Source: Meyerozyma guilliermondii
Taxonomy: Eukaryota
Assembly: GCA_051546255.1 (NCBI GenBank)
Contig: CP128815.1
Location: 496,001-560,000, forward strand
Reading direction: 5' to 3'
DNA length: 64,000 bases
Shown here: positions 58,746-64,000 of the stretch, one piece after another
Layout: each line of letters starts with the position of its first letter
Numbering within the stretch: the first letter of the stretch is position 1
The notes under the pieces: generated by a model
What the model saw: the letters and a program-made list of their open reading frames with translations, nothing else
The model's database searches: none
Told to the model about the DNA's origin: nothing
Program-made: the position numbers and the translations under genes

Positions 58746-60657
58746 ATGGTTTCTGTAGACGATTCATTCATTAGCGATGAGGAGGAGGAGTTTTGGTAAG
58801 TGTTTCCGACTAAAGCGAGTACGTTGAATACAGTAGTACTCTCAAAAATCTTCAAAAACAAATATTAACCCCAGTCCTTTATGTGTCGAAGAAATGGACA
58901 TTTCCGACAAGAATTTTAGACCGTGTCCTTGTGGGTATCAGATCTGTCAGTTCTGCTATAACAATATCCGGCTGAATCCTGAGCTCAACGGAAGGTGTCC
59001 TGGGTGTCGTAGGCTTTATGATGACGAAAGTGTTGAGTACAAGTCGATCTCGCCAGAAGAGTACAAACTCCAACAGATTCGGAAAGAGAAAAGAGAACGT
59101 GAAAAGAAGCAGAGAGAAAAGGAGAAGAAGGAGACGGAGATGGCGAACAAGAAGCATTTGGCTGGGCTTCGTGTGGTACAAAAAAATTTGGTTTATGTCA
59201 CAGGTCTCAATCCGCCTTGCGCATCAGAAGAATTGCATTCTGTTTTGCGGTCTGACAAGTACTTTGGTCAGTACGGAAAGATTCTGAAAATCGTCATCAA
59301 CCGCAAAAACCCCACCAGTCATCACCAGAATCCTGGATTGGTGGTTTATGTGACGTTTGCAAAGAAGGAAGATGCTCTTCGATGTATCAACGAATTGGAT
59401 GGTTCGCTCTGTGACGGCCGTCTTCTTCGTGCTGCCCATGGTACCACAAAGTACTGTCTGTCGTACTTGCGTGGTCATCCGTGTCCCAACCCCAATTGTA
59501 TGTTTTTGCATGAACCTGGTGAGGAAGCGGATTCGTACACTCGCAAAGATCTTTCAACTCAACAGGGCATAAAAATGGGTATGATGGGCATGAACAAGGG
59601 CGACGACAACAACGAGGAAAAGGAACGTATGGGTTATTCTCACGCAAGTACAGAGCGTGCTACTTCAGAGGCTCGGGAATCTCCGGCGCCAGTTTCGGCG
59701 GTTCCAGCTCCAGCTCCAGCTCCCGCTCCTCCAGTAGCTATTGCTCCCGCTCCCACACAGCCACAGGCTCCAGCGGCTGCTTCGACAGCCGGAACTGTGC
59801 TTCCAGCGGCCGCGGGTTGGGCAAAAGCTGCCGCTTCGGCTCTTGCCTCGGCTTCGGGATCCGATACTGGAGCGGTTGCAAATGCTTCGGCGTTTCCCAC
59901 GCTTGGCGAAATCAAGGAAAAGCAGCAGAAAAAGGATTCAAAGCTCAAAACGAGACCAAAGAAAGAATCGCTGGGCGAAGATTACGACTGGGACGATTCT
60001 CCCGTTGCCGTGGGTGAGGATATTGCTGCTCGTCTCAATCTGCTTGAAACCAGTATTGAGAAACTCAAGGTCCATTTTGCTGATTTTGACAATTCGTCGA
60101 CTTTGCCCTTGTTTGCATTTACTCCACCATCTGTTGGTGAACTGACTTTGGAAGACGACAAGTTGGCAGCACGCCAGATCATCGAACGGTATATCTTGAA
60201 GCCAATCAAAAACTACCATTTGGCTTACCAGAACCACCCAGTGACTCAACAGCAAGCTTTGCTTCAGCAGCAGGCTCAAATGCGCCAAGCTCAACCGCAA
60301 CCCACACAAACCATGCAAATGGCTCAGGTTCAATTGATGGAGCAGAAAAAGTTGCTAGAGCAACAGCAAGCTGAGCAAAGAATTCACCAAGAACAACAGC
60401 GCCAGCAACCTCTGCAACAACTTCAGCAGCAACAGCAACAGCAATATTTATTGTTGCAGCAACTCCAGCACCAGCAAGCTCAGCAACAGCACCAAGGTCT
60501 GCAACAACATCAGCTTCAGCAACAGCAGGCTCGTGGAACTTCGACTCCACCACCTCCTGGTTTATTTGCGGAAAAGCAGCAACAGCAGTACAATGCTCAA
60601 TCTTCAAGTTCTCAATTGCTCACTCAGCTAATGAGCGGAAAGAGACCAATTCAGTAG
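58746..60657 (+). CDS. NOT4: CCR4-NOT E3 ligase Not4/Mot2; exons 58746-58795 and 58875-60657
   Basis: Splicing gives EEEEF-CPLCVEEMDISDKNFRPCPCGYQICQFC (C4C4 RING). RRM RVVQKNLVYV, GTTKYC..YL, CCCH finger, poly-Q tail. Confidence 0.95.
58796..58874 (+). other. 79-nt spliceosomal intron of NOT4
   Basis: GTAAGT donor, TATTAAC branch site at 58863-58869, CAG acceptor. Removal restores the frame and the first RING Cys. Confidence 0.92.
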
Positions 60658-61924
60658 ACGAAGGAAGTGAACAATTGAAGTGAAATATTGAAGTGAAGCA
60701 GTTGGAAGTTTGTGTGGTATGTAGCATTATATCGTATATTGTATAATAAGGTGTCATAAATTTTTATAGTCGAGGCAAGAAAGGAAGTCTATCAGGAACG
60801 TTGTTCTAGTCTAATTCTCTTCAACGAAGTAGCAGGTATAGAAGAATCGTCATAAATTAAAAGCATATCTAGGTTTTCAAAGTGGTTGCAAATTTCTGAA
60901 AATGGAAATTTCGCTAAGGAGGAATGCAGAATACAAGAAGATTAGGGGCCAGGTTTGCTCAGTATACTCGCAAGAATACTTCCAAAAAATTGGGTTACAT
61001 AGTGTCGAACATATTCTAAATAGATTCCCAAAAGTAGATATTATCCGGTTGTGTCAGTATGAAAATATATTCCGGTAAATCAAATATAAGCATGAATTAT
61101 AAATGTTTTTAACATAATAATTCAAAATTGATACAAATTCCTCATTAATCCAAGTGATACTTTCTACCAACGAACAAGAGGTTTCTCTTATCTGAAGGTC
61201 AGTTCAGTTAACATTGACTTTTCGATTTTTCGCACTGGTGAGATTTCAGAGGAAAGATAGAATCAACTGTACTGTGAATCCATTTTAAGAGAAAGATCGT
61301 TCATGGAATTGAGTTCGAAAGCTGCTTCATAAAACAGGAGTACAAGCCAGGAGCTATATCTTCGTGCATGCTTCTTGACACCTGCAATGCAAATGCAGTC
61401 TTGTCAAAATAGGTATACCGCTTTCCTAATTGACACTCGATTATCCGAGATTATGTAGAGCCCATGACTTGACAGCTCAGAAGTTCTGCCGAGTGATGCA
61501 TGTGTCAAAATTTTGCCAAAAGATACTGGTAATTTGGAAGCTGCTTTACCGCATATGCATCTTTTGGAGCATAAAAATAAGGTGGCAAACTAATCTGGAT
61601 TGTCATATTGCATAATTTAGATGCAGACGTATGCATAGTGGCTTTGGTGCATGAGGTTATAACTCCTAGCAGGTAAAACAGCACTGAATTTACACCCTGA
61701 CTCCACTTTCTCGACTCAATTCTGGTTCACTGGTATTTACCAAATAAGAGCAATAAGCTTGTGTTCTTATTTCACAAGTATTCTTGATTTTCGAAATCGA
61801 AATTTAATGCTCGAGCCGCACGCTGTCAAACTGCAAAATCTAAGCCACTATTACCGAATTATAAAAATAGCCTCCTTTGCTGAACATTTTCCCAGTAAGA
61901 AATACAGTGATCAGAATTGAACCC

Positions 61925-62113
61925 ATGATTTTCGGAATATTGTACGTTTTGTATGCTCCCGTAGAGGCAATCAGCTCGCAAGTTTATTGCAATTTGGTTA
62001 AGAGGGCTTATCCTCCTGAAATTGCCCAAGCTTATATCGAGGCTCGAGAGAATGCAGAGCAGATCTTGATCGACTCGTTCAAGAATCCTGATGAAGGAAA
62101 GAAGGAAAAATGA
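61925..62113 (+). CDS. Candidate 62-aa small protein with hydrophobic N-terminus and KR site
   Basis: TATAAAA at 61860, then MIFGILYVLYAPVEA...VKR-AYPPEIAQAYIEARENAEQ, within a 2.4-kb gap between convergent genes. Confidence 0.4.
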   Translation: MIFGILYVLYAPVEAISSQVYCNLVKRAYPPEIAQAYIEARENAEQILIDSFKNPDEGKKEK

Positions 62114-63049
62114 ACAAAACAATTGAACTATAGCAAAATTCTAGCCGGAATTTAACCCGAATTTAACCACATGAACGTATAGTGCCCGCTTATAACCGTA
62201 ACGTGTGACGGAAATACTCAAAACTTAATACTTAGTGCCCGGTTTATATACGTTTGTCTGACATTGTCCGCGAATAGATTATGTGCCACGAAAATCAATT
62301 TATGTGTGCGAAAGATACGATAGAAAATGGTTGCAAAAAGAGTACATCTGGCACTAAAGGAATTATCGGAAGAGGGTAAGATAAGAATTTGGTGATCATT
62401 GCATTGAGCTGCTTAAGGTTTAGCTCCAAAGAATTCATACAAGACATCAAGGACGTATAGATTCTCAAAATCATAAATTTTCGGTTGTGTCCGCGCATAT
62501 TCTCAAAAAGTATAAGAGTTTCCGGTTATCGCGAATTTTATGAGAGTTTCCGGTCAATCCCAAAAGACTGATGAAAGAATGGTTGAAAGAGAAAACCGGT
62601 AATAAAACTAGAGGTTGGTAGCATTAGGCTGCTCAAAATTCAAGAAACTCGTACAAGTCTGCTATACTCCTCGAGCATATCTCAAATCGGGTGTCTGTGT
62701 AGACAACGATCTTAACTTTTTCCGGTAAATTCGCATAGTTCCCCTCTTAACTATATGATTCCAGTTCAAATTGTGTTTCGCACCGGAAAATCAGGGTCCT
62801 AAAATTATTTGTGCGCAGCTATCTACGTGTGTCTGGTCGCGTCTACGCTTATATATATCAGGACTTCATTCCAAGTTATATACTCGGTTGTCAGATCACA
62901 TACAATTGACGACGAAAGTGTGACAAACCTATAGTATATTGTAGCAAACTACTCATGTCTGAAAAATAGATACCAAACTGTCTCAATATTTTGAAGACCT
63001 TGTTGAATAAAACTTGTCATCTCTATTGTAAGGTTTTCCTTATGTACAG

Positions 63050-64000
63050 CTATTTACAGTGGACAACCTTGTCACATCTTTGGCAAAGACTATCCTCTTT
63101 CGGTGCAACGTATTTCCAGCATCTTGGACATTTATGGTCGGTACATTTGCTAATTTTCACCATTAAACCATCGTATTCACTTTGATCAATTATAGTGTCT
63201 GTATCTTTACCCAAAGTTACTTTGGACACTAGCATATAATTGTCTAGGTGTGCTTGAAGCTGGGTCAAAGTATCGTACAATTGACCACTTCCACTGATGA
63301 AAATTTGCAATTCAAGCTTATTCTTGACTTCCATATTGGTGCGAATGTCTTCCAATCTTCGGTAGATGTGGTCTCTGAGGCCGTAAATTTGCCTGAATTC
63401 TTCTTCGATTTCACTCGAGACAAAGTGTTCTGGAAGAGCAAATGTCTTGTTCCATTCAGCAAGAAATGGAGATTCTGGTAAATTATGGTCGATTTGAGAA
63501 AATTCATCCCACACCTCTTGGACCAATATAGGCTGTATAGGTGCAAGCATGCCAACATAAACCTTGAGAATCTCGTACAACACTGTCTGGACACCTTGGC
63601 GTTGCTGTGAGTCGACAGCGTCAGTATAAAGGCAATCTTTCATCATATCGAAATACTTTGAACTGAGATCTGCCATATGGCCATTAATGGTTTGTACAAC
63701 TTTGGAGTAATTGTGCTTCGAGTAGCTTTCGTTGACGGCTTTCTGAGTATGGTAAAGCTGGGATAATTGTAGACGATCGAGTCTGGAAAGATTTTCGAGT
63801 TCAAGTGGTCCAGAAAATCCTGCCAAATTTCCCAATAAAAATTTCATGGTGACTCTCAACTTTTTGACGTTTTCATGCACACGAGACAAGACTTCAGGGG
63901 TCACATTGACGTCCAGGGTGTAGTTACTGGAAGCGACCCACAACCGTAAACCATCAACACCAATTTTGGGAAGCATGGGTTTTCCACCTCCATTCATCAC
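63050..64000 (-). CDS. ISM1: Mitochondrial isoleucyl-tRNA synthetase, C-terminal part (5' end outside window)
   Basis: GVDGLRLWVASS, LRVTMKFLLGNL, YFDMMKDCLYTD, LAPIQP, and a C-terminal KCPRCW..LCQRC zinc finger of bacterial/mitochondrial-type IleRS. Confidence 0.92.
   Translation of the reverse strand: MMNGGGKPMLPKIGVDGLRLWVASSNYTLDVNVTPEVLSRVHENVKKLRVTMKFLLGNLAGFSGPLELENLSRLDRLQLSQLYHTQKAVNESYSKHNYSKVVQTINGHMADLSSKYFDMMKDCLYTDAVDSQQRQGVQTVLYEILKVYVGMLAPIQPILVQEVWDEFSQIDHNLPESPFLAEWNKTFALPEHFVSSEIEEEFRQIYGLRDHIYRRLEDIRTNMEVKNKLELQIFISGSGQLYDTLTQLQAHLDNYMLVSKVTLGKDTDTIIDQSEYDGLMVKISKCTDHKCPRCWKYVAPKEDSLCQRCDKVVHCK

Noticed and set aside
62885..63050. Third H/ACA or C/D snoRNA (hairpin, ATAGTA, terminal ACA)
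   Set aside because: Pocket-to-box spacing is wrong and no rRNA complementarity could be found.

Overview
Gene-dense chromosomal segment of a budding yeast that decodes CTG as Ser: conserved Ser positions in Msp1 and Not4 are CTG. The compact layout suggests Debaryomycetaceae, probably Meyerozyma guilliermondii or a relative (inference). About 33 protein-coding genes are present, mostly housekeeping: BAR-SH3 protein, proline iminopeptidase, PDS5, GLE1, MRPL7, DUF2439/MTE1-like, RME1, PRP42-like, ECM27, FMN1, ULP1, YME2, MSP1, SGD1, TRM2-like, SMC1, FRA1, SPP41-like, TAL1, VTC2/3, RET3, PTR2, TAF3, EXO5, a sugar porter, HNT3, PKR1, NOT4 and partial ISM1. Several elements are not shown, or are shown wrongly, by the ORF track. 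(1) Two box H/ACA snoRNAs were identified from their guide pockets: snR46-type (25S Psi2865) and snR49-type (18S Psi211 and Psi302). (2) A 79-nt intron splits the first RING Cys codon of NOT4. (3) A coiled-coil + GCR1_C-like gene is broken by a -1 frameshift. (4) Two small ORFs and an orphan secreted protein are candidates. (5) A TGCA (often CCTGCA) motif sits 43-53 nt upstream of the ATG in 13 genes. (6) The cohesin genes PDS5 and SMC1 share a 14-bp + MCB promoter module. (7) Short tandem repeats recur just after stop codons. No tRNA, rRNA, CRISPR or intact transposon was seen. All family calls come from motif recognition; no database search was run.
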